Below, one piece after another: positions 63,378-64,000 of a DNA stretch of 64,000 bases. Under the pieces are notes generated by a model that saw nothing but the letters and a program-made list of their open reading frames with translations, made no database searches and was not told the origin of the DNA. This stretch comes from an uncultured Gemmatimonadaceae bacterium. Lineage in GTDB: Bacteria; Gemmatimonadota; Gemmatimonadetes; Gemmatimonadales; Gemmatimonadaceae. The translations under genes and the position numbers were made by a program. Position 1 is the stretch's first letter. Every line of letters begins with the position of its first letter. Location of the stretch: NCBI GenBank assembly GCA_963790305.1, contig CAWBOC010000006.1, positions 224,001 to 288,000 on the forward strand. Direction: 5' to 3'.

Positions 63378-64000
63378 GAATGACAACGGCGTTAGGGGTG
63401 CTGGTGGCGCTGGGGCTCGTCGTCACCGCACAGGCGCAGACGATCGCCATCGTCGGTGGTCGCGTGCTCCCGGTGAGCGGCCCGCCTATCGACGGCGGCA
63501 CGGTCATTATTCGTGACGGCAGGATTACGGCGGTGGGACGTGACGTCGCCATTCCCGAGGGCGCTCAGCGCATTGACGCGGCCGGAAAATGGGTGACCCC
63601 CGGCATCATCAACCCGGCGACGCAGCTCGGCCTGGTCGAGGTCGGACAGGTGCGTGAAACGCGAAACGCCACCGCCAGGGGAGATGAAGCGAGCGCTGTC
63701 CGCGCCGCGTTTACCGTGTGGGATGGCTTGAACCCGCTCTCCGTGCTGTTCGCCCCTGCGCGCAACGAAGGGGTGACGACCGTCGCGGTCCTCCCCACCG
63801 GTGGGCTCGTGTCGGGACAGGGCGCGCTGGTCGACATCGTGGATGGCGGCGTCAGCGACATGATGGTGAGATCGCCTATCGCGATGGTTGCGCAGGTAGG
63901 CGACCCCGAGTCGGCGAACGCAGACTCGCGCGGCGAGCTCCTGCTTCGTCTGCGCGAGCTGCTCGAGGATTCGCGCGCGTATGCTCGCCGCCGGGCGGAC
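63374..64000 (+). CDS. Exported amidohydrolase-fold protein lacking the HxH motif (truncated by the window end)
   Basis: Manual translation: MRMTTALGVLVALGLVVTAQAQTIAIVGGRV...IDAAGKWVTPGIINPATQLGLVEV...EGVTT. Confidence 0.8.
   Translation, partial: MRMTTALGVLVALGLVVTAQAQTIAIVGGRVLPVSGPPIDGGTVIIRDGRITAVGRDVAIPEGAQRIDAAGKWVTPGIINPATQLGLVEVGQVRETRNATARGDEASAVRAAFTVWDGLNPLSVLFAPARNEGVTTVAVLPTGGLVSGQGALVDIVDGGVSDMMVRSPIAMVAQVGDPESANADSRGELLLRLRELLEDSRAYARRRAD

Overview
High-GC bacterial chromosomal window. Gene content and synteny suggest Gemmatimonadota (inference, no search run). Positions 1-50.3 kb are a dense, almost entirely minus-strand core-metabolism block: sucCD, arcC, a UPF0182 protein, PMM/PGM, a complete nuoA-N complex I operon, dcd (+ strand), mdh-sdhCAB, moaDEA, HU/IHF, secG-carA, gap-pgk-tpiA, yicC-gmk-rpoZ-coaBC-udg-dnaB-radA-ispD-tsaC-LMW phosphatase-aroE-comF, an outer-membrane barrel protein and gltA-icd-pepA. 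tRNA-Leu(CAA) and an ECF sigma/anti-sigma/Spy-like triad follow. The most interesting part is the + strand operon at 52.3-61.9 kb. It looks like a streamlined, non-canonical aryl-CoA epoxidation (Box-like) pathway: a short BoxB-type di-iron protein, a single-domain 'half BoxC', a generic ALDH and PaaG/F/H/J-like lower-pathway enzymes. It has no BoxA reductase or CoA ligase in the window, and its TetR gene is preceded by an exact PaaR-type operator. Other observations: a Rex-type operator in front of nuoA, a family of microsatellite-built hairpin elements (some apparently translated), a YwlE-type arginine-phosphatase motif, and about ten frameshifts that are all net +1, most likely a sequencing artefact. 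No CRISPR, integrase or transposase was seen.
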